A stretch of 64,000 nt of DNA, from the NCBI GenBank assembly GCA_052327205.1, contig CM126209.1:36766001-36830000 (forward strand). The letters are read 5' to 3'. Made by a program: the position numbers and the translations under genes. Source of the DNA: Somniosus microcephalus (Eukaryota). Positions 1 through 11,043 of the stretch are shown here, in pieces. A model generated the notes under the pieces. It made no database searches, was not told the origin of the DNA, and worked only from the letters and a program-made list of their open reading frames with translations. How positions within the stretch are numbered: the stretch's first letter is position 1; each line of letters starts with the position of its first letter.

Positions 1-3000
1 ATTTCGAGTCCGCATCCATGGCTATTAAAAACATTGAGTCCATGAATGGACCAGCAAAATCAATATGCACCCATTGCCATGGAGAGGAGGGCCACTCCCA
101 TGGGTGTAGAGGGGCATGTGGTGGTGCATTTTGGACCTTCTGGCATCCTGAGCAGCTCTTTGTCAGGTCCTCGATTTGCTGATCGATCCCCGGCCACCAC
201 ACATAAGCCCTAGCAAGGCTTTTCATTTTCACCCCTCCCAGATGGCCTTCGTGAAGCTCATTGAGCACTCTCTCCCTTAACTTGTGTGGAATTACCACTC
301 GGGATCCACACATCAATGTCCCCTGGCATACTGACAGCTGTTCTCTTCTGGATGAGAATGCTGGCAACAGTGAGTCGCCATGTGTTGGCCATCCCTTCAC
401 CGTCAAGTCATATACCCGAGACAGTGTCAGGTCATTTCAGGTCTCCTTCTCTATATCCGTGTTAGTTACTGGCAAGCGTTCAATTATAGTCGAATAAAAT
501 ATTTCGACAGGGTCCACTGCTGGTGCTTCCTCCGCAGCAGGCAGTGGCAGGCGTGATAGCCCATCAGCGTTTCCATGCTGTTTCGTGCCCTTATACTCTA
601 TTTCATAATGGTTCGCCCCTAGAAAAAGGGACCATCTTTGCAGCCGTTGCGCAGTCATCACCGGAGCGCCCTTCTTTGGATTAAAGATGGAGACAAGTGG
701 TTGGTGGTCGGTCAGCAAGGTGAACTTCTGCCCGTGCAGATAGTGGTTGAACTTTTTCACTCCCCACACTAGGCTGAGGGCCTCCCTGTTAATCTGGGCG
801 TAGTTACGCTCGGCTGAGGTTAGTGACCGAGACGCAAAGGCTACTGGCCTCTCCGAGCTGTCCGGGAATTTGTGCGACAGCACCGCTCCAATACCATAGG
901 GTGATGTATCACACGCCAACCGAATTGGTAGTGCTGGGTTGAAATGAGCCAACACCTCTTTTGATGTGATCAATTCTTTGCACTTCTGGAAAGCTTGTTT
1001 ACATTCGTCATTCCACTTCCATGGTACCCCCGTTTGCAGTAGGGTGTTCAGTGGGTGTAGTACTGTAGACAAATTCGGCAAGAACTTATGGTAGTAGTTC
1101 ACCAGCCCGAGGAACGACCTCAGTTGTGACACATTTTCCGGTGCTGGAGCCTTGACTACTGCCTCAATCTTTTCAGGGGACTTATGTAACCCCTCTTCAT
1201 CAATAATGTGGCCACAATACGAGATCTGCTTCTGGAAAAACTCGCATTTGTGGCGATTAGCTCGGAGCCCATATTCCTTCAATCTAGTGAGCACCTGCTC
1301 CAGGTTGGCAAGGTGATCACTGTCATTTTCGCCCGTGACCAGGATGTCGTCCAAATAACACTGGGTCCCTGGAATCCCTTGCAGGACTTGATCCATTGCC
1401 CTTTGCCAAATAGCCAGAGCTGATGCTACCCCGAACATCAGCCGGTTGTATTGGTAGAGACCTTTATGAGTGTTGATCGCGAGGTACTATTTCGAGGCTT
1501 CTTCTACCTCCATTTGCAGGTACGCCTGGGCCAGATCAATCTTAGTGAAGCGTTTTCCTCCAGATAACGAGGCGAAAATATCTACAATCCACGGAAGCGG
1601 ATATTGTACCGTGTGAAGGACTGGGTTCACTGTCACCTTAAAGTCCCCACAGATGCGAATCTTCTTTGGTTCCCCAGGCGTATTACTCAACGACCTCTTC
1701 ATTACAGGAACGATGGGTGTAGCCCACTCGCTCCAGTCCACTTTGGACAGTACTCCAGAACGTTCCAAACCTTCCAGCTCTGCTTCGATGGCTGGGCGGA
1801 TCGCATAAGGCACCGGTCTGGCCTTAAAAAACTTTGGGCTTGCATTTTCCTCTATTTTGATCATCACTGTTATGCCTTTTAGTGTTCCGAGTCCCTCCTG
1901 GAACACTTCTTGTGCATCAGTTAGCATTTTTGACAGTCGTCCAGGTGTTACGTCGTCATCCTTTTTGGCATCTACCATCAGTGCTTGTATGGCATGCCAA
2001 TCTAACTGTATCTTCTGGATCCATTCACGTCCTAGTAGTGGTGGTCCTCCATCTGGCAATACATATAGGTCCATTTTTGGTGTTTCCTTGCCGTTGTATA
2101 TCACGTTCACCCTTATTTTTCCTTTAGGGTAGACTTTTTGCCCCGTGTACGTCTTCAAGACAATCTCTGTATCTCTCAAGGGTATATGTGAGAATAGCCG
2201 CTTGTAGTCCCTTCGGTTTATGACTGTTAGGGCTGATCCTGTGTCCAATTCCATTTTCACTTGGACTCCATCTATCTTGAGCGTGACCCAGATAGTTTGG
2301 TGATCCTCCATTCTGATTACATTATGTAGTTTCAGACAACCCAGCTCCTTGCTTCCGGAGTCTGTATCACTTTTCTGTTCGTCTGAACTACTCTCCGTCA
2401 CCTTATGTACCTTTTTGTACTTCTCCTGTGGAGATTTCTTGCTGCTGGTTTTCTTTCCCGACCTGCAGACTCTTGCTATGTGTCCTACTTCTCCACACTG
2501 TCTGCACACTTGGTCCTTAAACCAACAATCCTTATGGTTGTGTGTTGTTCTGCCGCAGCGATAACACTTCCCTGCTCCATATGACATTTCATTTGTGCCA
2601 TATTCTTGCGGTCTCCGTTGTATCTCTGCAGCGCCCTGTGCGGCTGCTTCGTGTGATACTGCCATGCTGAAAGCTTTGTCCTGCGTAAGATTCTTTTCTG
2701 ATAGAAGCCATTTCTGGGTTCCTTCACTTTGAAGCCCACACACAAACTTGTCCCTTAAAGTATCTGCTAGTCCCGTTCCAAACTGGCAGTGTTTCGATAG
2801 CTTGCGCAGTTCCGTTAAATATGCATTACTTTCGTCTTTATGCTGGTTCCTTTTGTGGAACTTAAATCTTTCTGTTATCAGCAGCGGTGTGGGGTTTAAG
2901 TGGTCCTGTAGGATTGCCACTATGCTTTCAAAATCCTTTTCCACTGGCTTCTCTGGGGTTACTAGGTTTCGCAGTAAGCCGTATGTTTTTGCACCCATGG

Positions 3001-3133
3001 AATTCAACAATACCAGTGCTTTCCTGGCATCTGGCACTTCATTCACCTTGCAGTACACTTCTATGCATTCTATATATGTCGCCCAAACTTCGACTTCATT
3101 ATCGAACGCTGTGACACTGCCACTCTTCGGCAT
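1..3133 (-). pseudogene. gag-pol: Gag-Pol polyprotein in one frame with in-frame stops at 1487-1489 and 437-439
   Basis: Two CCHC knuckles (CYRCGRTTHNHKDC, CRQCGEVGHIARVC), protease LDTGS, RT ICGDFK...YLDD, RNase H (ACDTS, TDHQPL, NADGLSRLP). The integrase HHCC region continues in frame below 437. Confidence 0.92.
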
Positions 3134-3149
3134 CCCTGGGTGTGGTTAG

Positions 3150-3295
3150 ACTGGCTAAAAATGGCGTCTCCCACGCTTTCCTTTCTTCCCGCGCTCTCCC
3201 TTCTTCTCCACTGGCTCAAAATGGCGTCTCCCACGCTCTCCCTTCTTCTCCACTGCGGCTCAAAAATGGTGTCTGCCCGCGCTCTCCCTTCTTTT
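3150..3295 (-). repeat. Imperfect tandem repeats (~3 copies) in the Gypsy leader
   Basis: Repeated unit ctggctcaaaatggcgtctcccacgctctcccttcttctcca. Confidence 0.8.
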
Positions 3296-3652
3296 CTTCC
3301 CCCGCGGATGCTGCTCAGCCCTTGAACACCGGCCGCGCTCTGCGCGTTTTCCTGCACGCCTCTCTCGTTGACGCCGCTCGGTCTTCAACCCCGGCTGCAG
3401 CCTGTGTGCTTTACCCTCTCTCTTACCCGTCGACGCTGCTCGGCCTTTTTCTGTGCCGTCGGTCGGCTCCCGCCACCGCTGTCCGGGAAGGGTCTGCGCC
3501 GTACCTGCTGCCAGCCCGCTGCGCTGGATCGTCGCGGCTGGAGAACCAAGCCCAGCTCTCTACAGCCTCCTCTGCGATGCTCGACGCCCGCACTGGTGGA
3601 ATCGGCCTTCTTCTTCAGAGTTGCAGGTAGGTTCGAAACGACTCATTGCCAA

Positions 3653-3865
3653 TGTTAAATCTGGATATCTTTAGGTAGTGTGTCCTTCAAATAATCGACA
3701 GAGGCTGCAGAGAACAATCAACAGGTGTTTACTGGATGAGGATTGCTCTAAAACTAAGCAGTACAGATCCCTACTCAGGGTTATATACAGGTGTGGTCAC
3801 TGCCGGTACTACAGTATACAGGAGCTGTAAAAAGTAGTTCTCCCCTTAAAGGTACATACACTACA
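3653..3865 (-). repeat. Putative 5' LTR of Gypsy element 1
   Basis: Bounded by TGTT...TACA and adjacent to the PBS-like motif. The partner LTR is not in the window. Confidence 0.7.
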
Positions 3866-4024
3866 TCAGCAACCTGGTGACAGAATCACTTTTCATACAG
3901 CTATATGACATACATCAGTATGGGGGCTGATGTCAGCAGCCACTGAATGATAATTATATGCATAATGTTATCTGTGCCCAATGTACATATGACATCTCAA
4001 ACCCATCTCTTTACTCTCCCACAA

Positions 4025-5048
4025 GTCCATCAAAAGCACCCCCCCTCCTCCCCACCACTGTCCAGGAGGAAGCAGAAGACAACTCCTCAGAGGAGCCTCC
4101 AGCCTCTGAAGGTGCAGTGTCACCTGACATAAGCCCACCCAGCACCAGTGGGTCCCTCATGACATAGAGTAATGTTGTCACCTGGTGTCTCACAAATCAC
4201 AAGTGAGCAAAAGCACATGGTGGAGACAGGGATAGCAGTGGAGACTCCTTGTTGGAGGGCACAGGACGCTCCCAGCTCTGCTCAGCTACATGCAGACACT
4301 GAGCCTTGGGGGCCATCCAGAAAGAGGGCGATCCTGGAGGTGCAGGAAGAAATGCAGGAGGCTCTAACCAGTTTTGCGAGCGTGATGACTGCCACTGTTC
4401 AGAGAATGAAGGAGTCCTACTCCAATATGAGCACCACCGTGTCGCAGACAATGGTGATTGTAGGCTCCTCCATGGATGGGATGGCTACCTACATGGAGCA
4501 GCTAATGCGCCACTCACAGGAGCGCATGGTCTCTATGCAGAACAGATGGGTATCTATGGAGGTTAGATGGATATCTTTGGAGGATAGATGGCTATCTATG
4601 GAGAATAGATCCCAGAGGCTCATAGAAATCCTCTCTAGGAGGGATGTCAGCATAGACATGGGTCCTCGTGGCCTCATTGATATGCAACAAGGTGCTCTCC
4701 AGCTCCTTGATAGCAGGGAAGTGCAGGTGGCCCATGAGAGGGACGATGGTGAGAGGGGACATGGAAGTGAGGGCTCCTCTCCAAGCACTCACACTTCTCC
4801 CCCCTTGCCAACCCCTCAGTCAAAGTCCCAGATGCCTCCCCGGACAGCGATGGCCAAGTCTGCCCCTGCACAGTTGCAGGCGGAGCAGACTTTGGGGGTC
4901 CTCACAAGCTCCAAAACCCAGAGGACAACCGCCAAAAGTGTCTAAGCAGTCGCAGCAGGGAAGTGAACAGGCTGCCTCTACCTCTGCTGAAGCCACAGGG
5001 GTAGCACCACGTAGAAGCATGTGCAACAGAAAGATGCCACGCAAGTAG
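4025..5048 (+). pseudogene. Last exon of the Harbinger Myb/SANT partner gene (acidic/coiled-coil tail), frameshifted
   Basis: Similar to the exon at 47960-48680 that follows a recognisable Myb/SANT exon. Low-complexity S/E/P and Met-rich helical segment. Confidence 0.65.
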
Positions 5049-5185
5049 ATTCACAAGGGAAGTTACTTGGGTGTTTTGTTCAAGGTTATTGTGAAATTTC
5101 TGTTCATTTAATCTTTACCATAAATGTATTTATTTTCAAAACTTGGACTTGGATAAATTTGTGTGCACAATGGGAAGTGGCCTAT

Positions 5186-7550
5186 TAGGGACAAAGAAGT
5201 GATATATGCTTGGAGGCTACAATACACAATGAGTACTTTGTATCGGTGTTTACTAAGGAAGTGGATGCTGACAAAATATCGGTAGAAGTGGAAAAGGTAG
5301 AAGCAATGGAAGGGGTAAAAATTGATAGACAGGATGTACTAGAAAGGCTGTGTATGCTTAGAGTGGATGAGTCGCCTGGTCCAGATGGCTTGCATCTCAG
5401 GTTGCTAAGGGAATTGGGGGAGGAGATAGCAGAAGGGCTTGCCATAATTTTCCAATCTTCCCTAGATGCGGGGGAGGTGCCTGAGGATTGGAAAGTGGCA
5501 AATGTGACACCATTGTTCAAGAAAGGGTGTAAGGACAATCCTAGTAACTGCAGGCCGGTGAGTTTAACATCAGTTGTGGGTAAAGTTTTAGAAACAATAA
5601 TCAAGTAAAATATTAACGGGCACTTGGAGAGGTTTAAGCTAATTAAAGAGAGTCAACACGGATTTGTAAAAGGCAGATCGTGTTTGACTAATCTAATTGA
5701 AATTTTTGATGAAGTAACAGGGAGGATTGATGAAGGGAATGCAATGGATGTTGTCTACATGGGTTTTTGGAAGGCACTTGACAAAGTACCACATAGAAGG
5801 CTGGTTAATAAAATTGAGGCTTATGGAATAGGTGGGTCAGTGGCAGCTTGGATAAGGAATTGGCTTAAGGACAGAAAACAGCGACTTGTGGTAAATGGCT
5901 GTTTTTCAGACTGGAGAATGGTAGACCGTGGTGTTCCTCAAGGGTCACTGCTGGGGCCACTGCTTTTTTTGAGATATATAAATGACCTGGATATTGGAAT
6001 AAGAGTAGAATTTCTAAATTTGCCAATGACACCAAACTTGGGGGTGTGGCGAACAGTGAGGATGATGCCAATCGACTGCAAGAGGACATAGAAAGGCTAG
6101 CAGAATGGGCAGACAAGTGCTAGCTGGAATTTAATACAGAGAAGTGGGAGGTGATGCATTTTGGCAGAAGGAACAGCGAGAGACAATATACACTTAATGG
6201 CACAGTTTTAAAGAGTGTGCAGGGACAGAGGGACCTGGGAGTTAATGTGTCCCTGAAGGTGGCAGGACACATTGAGAGAGTGGTTAGCAAAGCATATGGG
6301 ATCTTAGGTTTCATAAATAGAGGTATTGAGTATAAAAGTAGAGAAGTTATGCTGAACCTTTATAAAGCGCTGGTTAGGCCACAACTGGAGTATTGCATCC
6401 AGTTCTGGTCACCTCACTTTAGGAAGGATGTGAAGGCCCTTGAGAGGGTGCAGAGGAGATTTACCAGAATTGTTCCGGGGATGGGGGATCTTAGCTACAA
6501 GGACAGGTTGGAGAAGCTGGATTTATTTTCATTAGAGCAAAGGAGGTTGAGGGGTGATTTGATAGAGGTGTACAAACATAGAATCATAGAAGATAGGAGC
6601 AGGAGTAGGTCATTCGGCCCCTTGAGCCTGCTCCGCCATTCAATGAGATCATGGCTGATCATCCAAACTCTACCCTGTCCCTGCCTTCTCCCCATATCCC
6701 TTGGCCCCTTTAGCCTTAAGAAATATATCTAACTCCTTCTTGAATATATTTAATGAATTGGCCTCAACTGCCTTCTGTGGTAGAGAATTCCACAGGTTCC
6801 CCACTCTCTGGGTGAAGAAGTTCCTCCTCATCTCTGTCCTAAATGGCTTACTCCTTATCCTTAGACTGTGACCCCTGGTTCTGGACTCCCCCGCCATCGG
6901 GAACATCCTTCCTGCATCTAGTCTGTCTAGTCCTGTTAGAATTTTATAAGTTTCAATGAGATCCCCTCTCATTCTTCTAAACTCCCGCGAGTATAAGCCC
7001 AATCGACTCAATCTCTCCTCATACATCATTCCTGCCATTCCAGGTATCAGTCTGGTGAATCTTCGCTGCACTCCCTCCATGGCAAGAACATCCTTCCTCA
7101 GATAAAGTGACCAAAACTGCACACAATACTCAAGGTGTGGTCTCACCAAGGCCCTGTACAACTGCAGCAAGGCATCCTTGTTCCTGTACTCAAATCCTGT
7201 ACAAGATTATGAAGGGTTTGGATAGGCTAGACGGGGAAAGGCTGTTCCCACAAATTGATGGTACAAGGACTAGGGGACACAGATTTACGGTTTTGGGCAA
7301 GAGATACAGGGAGGGAGGGAGGAAAAACTTTTTTACGCAGCGAGTGGTGAGGACCTGGAACTCGCTGCCGACGGAAGTGGTGGAAGCGGAGACACTCAAT
7401 GTTTTCAGAGGGAGACTGGATAGGCACTTGAGGGAAATAAACTTGTGGGGGATAGAGCGGGGGAATGGGACTGACAGGTTTGCTCTACAGAGAGCTGGCG
7501 CGGACTCGATGGGCCAAATGGCCTCCTTCTGTGCCGTCATGACTCTATGG
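5186..7550 (+). mobile_element. CR1 LINE, 5'-truncated ORF2 (RT) plus 3' UTR, split by a nested CR1
   Basis: Motifs [35 protein letters not shown] and RPQLEYC. The sequence resumes at 7198 (YKIMKGLDR). Confidence 0.93.
6576..7197 (-). mobile_element. CR1 LINE 3' fragment nested in the opposite orientation
   Basis: ORF2 C-terminus at 6670-7170 with a short-repeat tail at ~6576-6590. Flanked by TGTACAA at 6569-6575 and 7198-7204. Confidence 0.92.
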
Positions 7551-7699
7551 CTTAGTTAGTTGGAGTGAAGTGTCAGATCTAACCTTACCTCCAGCAATGG
7601 TGGTGACTGTGAAAGGAATGGATTGATCATTGTAGGGATGCTTTATGGTCTGGCTGTGGGGTGTTGCCAACCTGGCGAAGCAAGTGGCAGCCATATGGG

Positions 7700-8947
7700 A
7701 GAACTGTGTAAAGTTAAGTAAATCTGGCCATGATGAGGCCATCCCTGGCCTCATGGGCAGCAAATTGCTCGCATGCTGGTGCCATCTGCACCACAGGTTC
7801 CTCCAGCTCTTCCTCCTCCTCGTCTTCCACCTGATGCTCCTCCTGCTTCTCCTCCTCTGAAGAAGAAGCTGTGCACTCTGCACCTTGTTCCTCATGCAGC
7901 GCTAATCCCTGCTGCTGCGCTATGTTGTACAGGGTGTAGCAGACCAGGATAATTCTGGATACCCTGGCTGCTGCGACTGAAAGGCTCCTCCAGATTTGTC
8001 AAGGCATCTGAATCACATTTTGAGCATGCCTATTGTCTGCTCTATGACACATCTGGTGGAGATGTGGCTTTCATTATATCTCTCCTCGGCCTCAGTACTT
8101 GGCCTCCTCAAAGGTGTCATGAGCCACGTCTTCAGTGGATAGCCCTAGTCTCCAAGCAGCCAGCCGGAAAGTCTGTTTGGAGGTGCGAAGCGCTAAGGGA
8201 GGGTGGACTGGCGCAGGATGAAAGAGTCATGACAGCTCCCTGGGAATCTGGCACACACATGCATGATGATCTACCTATGGTTGCAGACCAGCTGCACATT
8301 GAGGGAGTGGAAGCCCTTGTGGTTAACAAAGTCTCCTGGGTGATGTTGGGATGCCCTGATGGCCACATGTGTGCAGTTGATAATGCCCGGCACCCGTGGG
8401 AAGCCAGGTAGAGTGGCAAAGCCGAGCACCCGCTTCATCAGTGGAAAAGTTGATATAATTGGCTGACTTGTCAAACAGGATATCGGTGACCCGTGTGATG
8501 CATCTGTGGGCCGCCGACTGCGAGATGGCGCAAATGTCTGCTGCAGATCCCTGGAAGGAGCCTAAGGCAAAGAAGTTGAGGGTGCTGGTGACTTTGACAG
8601 CCACTGGTAAGGCGTGTCCACCCGCTCCTCTGGGCTGCAGGTCTTCCTCCAGCAATATGCAAATGTCTGCGACAACCTGGCGCGATAGCCTGAGCCTCAC
8701 TTGGCACTGCTGCTCAATCATGTTGAGGAAGCTCATCCTCTGCCTGTATACCCTGTGTGAGGGGGTATCGCCTCCGGCGTGGTGCAGCCCTGCGCTGATG
8801 CCCTGTGTCCTGTACAGCATCAGGGCATTGAGGAGAAGGTTGGTAGTGTTGTTGTTGGTGCTGCTGGTGTGCCTGGTGCTGCTGGTGTTGGGGCTGATCG
8901 TGATGGGATTCTGAGGACCAAGGTGAGAGAGTATAAAGGGCACCCAT
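7700..8947 (-). pseudogene. Harbinger DDE transposase (HARBI1-like family), frameshifted
   Basis: Motifs [18 protein letters not shown] and [16 protein letters not shown]...[12 protein letters not shown]. The first catalytic Asp appears changed to Asn. Q/H-rich N-terminus and E-rich C-terminus. Confidence 0.9.
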
Positions 8948-9635
8948 GCTGATGGAATAGATGGCAGGTGAAGTAGAGATGACAGAAGTGATCGGTCAAT
9001 GCTGAGAGAGGTAATGAGGTCAGACTGGATGGAGACATGTGTAAAGACTTGCAGCAAGGTGAAATGCAGTGAGGAAGAGTTTGTGGCTGAGGGAAGGTAT
9101 CTCTGTAAGGTGGGAGCTTTTACTGTACATTTGAAGCTGTCAACTCAACAGCTGATTCAATGGCCACTGAACTCCCGCCTTAGCTCGACAGATGTGGTCC
9201 ACGACCAGCGTGGACCCTGTGGGCGAGCTGTCAAATGCAGAAGGTGAACTGAAATTCATTCTTAAGTGGCTCTAAACAAGCCAATAATTACCTGAATTGG
9301 GTCCCCCGCTGTGAACCCGCCGCTGCGTGCCGGGTCTGCTCAGCACTGACAGACCCAACATTGGGGAAAGGCGTGTGGCGGCAGGTTCACAGTGGGGTCA
9401 CGACCCGCTGGGGAAAAAAAACACTTTCACACCCGACCCACACCGATCGCGCCTGAAGACCCCCCATAAAATCCAGCCCGTTGTTTCCAGGTACCAGGTG
9501 TCCAATTTCCAAAAAAACAACACAAGAAGCCAAATTATTAGCTACTGAGATTCCAGGAGGCTACAATTCCTTGAGCCTCACCCCAGGTAGTGCGGCAAGT
9601 CGGGACTTCTGGTCGCTACTGTGCCCCAGTGTTAA

Positions 9636-10460
9636 CACATAAGAACATAAGAAATAGGAGCAGGAGTAGGCCATACGGCCCCTCGGGCCTGCTCCGCCAT
9701 TAAATAGGATCATGGCTGATCTGAATCTAGACTCACGTCCACTTCCCTGCCCTCTCCCCGTAATCCCTAATTCCCTTATCTGCTAGGAAAATGTCTATCT
9801 CCATTTTAAATTTATTTAATGTTGCAGCTTCCACAGCTCTCTGGGGTAGCAAATTCCATAGATGTACTACCCTCTGAGTGAAGAAGTTTCTCCTCATCTC
9901 AGTTTTGAAAGGGCAGCCCCTTATTCTAAGATTATGCCCCCTAGTTCTAGTCTCACCCATCAGTGGAAACATCCTCACCGCATCCACCCGATCAAGCCCC
10001 CTCACAATCTTATATGTTTCGATAAGATCGGCTCTCATTCTTCTGAACTCCAATGAGTAGAGTCCCAACCTACTCAACCTTTCCTCATACGTCAACCCCC
10101 TCATCTCTGGAATCAACCGAGTGAACCTTCTCTGAACCGCCTCGAGAGCAAGTATATCTTTTCTTAAATATGGAAACCAAAACTGCACGCAGTATTCCAG
10201 GTGTGGCCTCACCAATACCCTGTATAACTGCAGCAAGACTTCCCTGTTTTTATACTCCATCCCCCTTGCAATAAAAGCCAAGATTCCATTGGCCTTCCTG
10301 ATCACCTGCTGTACCTGCACACTAACTTTTTGTGTTTCATGCACCAGGACCCCCAGATCCCTTTGTACTGTAGCACTTTGCAGTTTCTCTCCATTTAGAT
10401 AATAACTTGCTCTTTGATTTTTTCTGCCAAAGTGCATAACCTCACACTTTCCAACATTAT
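9636..10460 (-). mobile_element. CR1 LINE 3' fragment
   Basis: ORF 9733-10437 is the CR1 ORF2 C-terminus; (ATAAGAAC)n tail on + at ~9636-9655. Confidence 0.93.
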
Positions 10461-11043
10461 ATCACCATCTCAAATCCTGGGGGAGGGTGTTATTAACATA
10501 AAAGGGGACAGGCACTCACACATTTTCAGCATTCCCTGGGCAGATATGGCAGAGTGGCACCTTGCTGTTCCATCTGGGAGACGGCCATTCTGCAAAGAGT
10601 GGACTTAAAAAAAAAGGCAGCTATTTCTCAGTTGCTGCTTTCCTAATGGCAAGTGATCATATTAGGCACTCACTTCAACAATGGTCTAGTAGGAATGCCT
10701 GCATGATACATCTTGCCAGTCTTACTCCTTTTATCGATATCAGGGTGGTGAAAGCGTCCTCTCCTCTGTCAGAATTTTGGCTAAGTGGTAAAAAAGGGGT
10801 GGAGACCTGCCAGAACCCATTCTCACTCCAAATTCCACCCCTCCACCCAGTTTATGCTAACATTTCCCCCTCCCAGGGCAGGCATTGAGAAGTTGTTAAG
10901 CAAACTTGGGCTCTCCAACGTTTCTCAGAGTTGAACAGAGAATTTCTGCATGGAAGGAAGTTGCAACATGCAGCCTTCTTCCCAACCCCACCTTGAAGCA
11001 GCCAGGTGCAAAGCCAACCCCATCCAATCCTCAATAATCAGCT

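Larger units (their letters stand above)
1..3865 (-). mobile_element. Ty3/Gypsy LTR retrotransposon (Mag-like), 5' part; 3' end lies outside the window
   Basis: Putative 5' LTR at 3653-3865 (TG...CA), PBS-like TGGCAATGAG immediately inside it, and a gag-pol frame running to the window edge. It sits upstream of the Myb-like exon of Harbinger A. Confidence 0.9.
3866..9479. mobile_element. PIF/Harbinger transposon A (right part), interrupted by CR1 insertions
   Basis: Myb-partner-like 3' exon on + converging on a DDE transposase on -. Right TIR-like end AAAATCCAGCCC at 9468-9479 with a GC-rich subterminal region. The left end is not visible. Confidence 0.8.
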
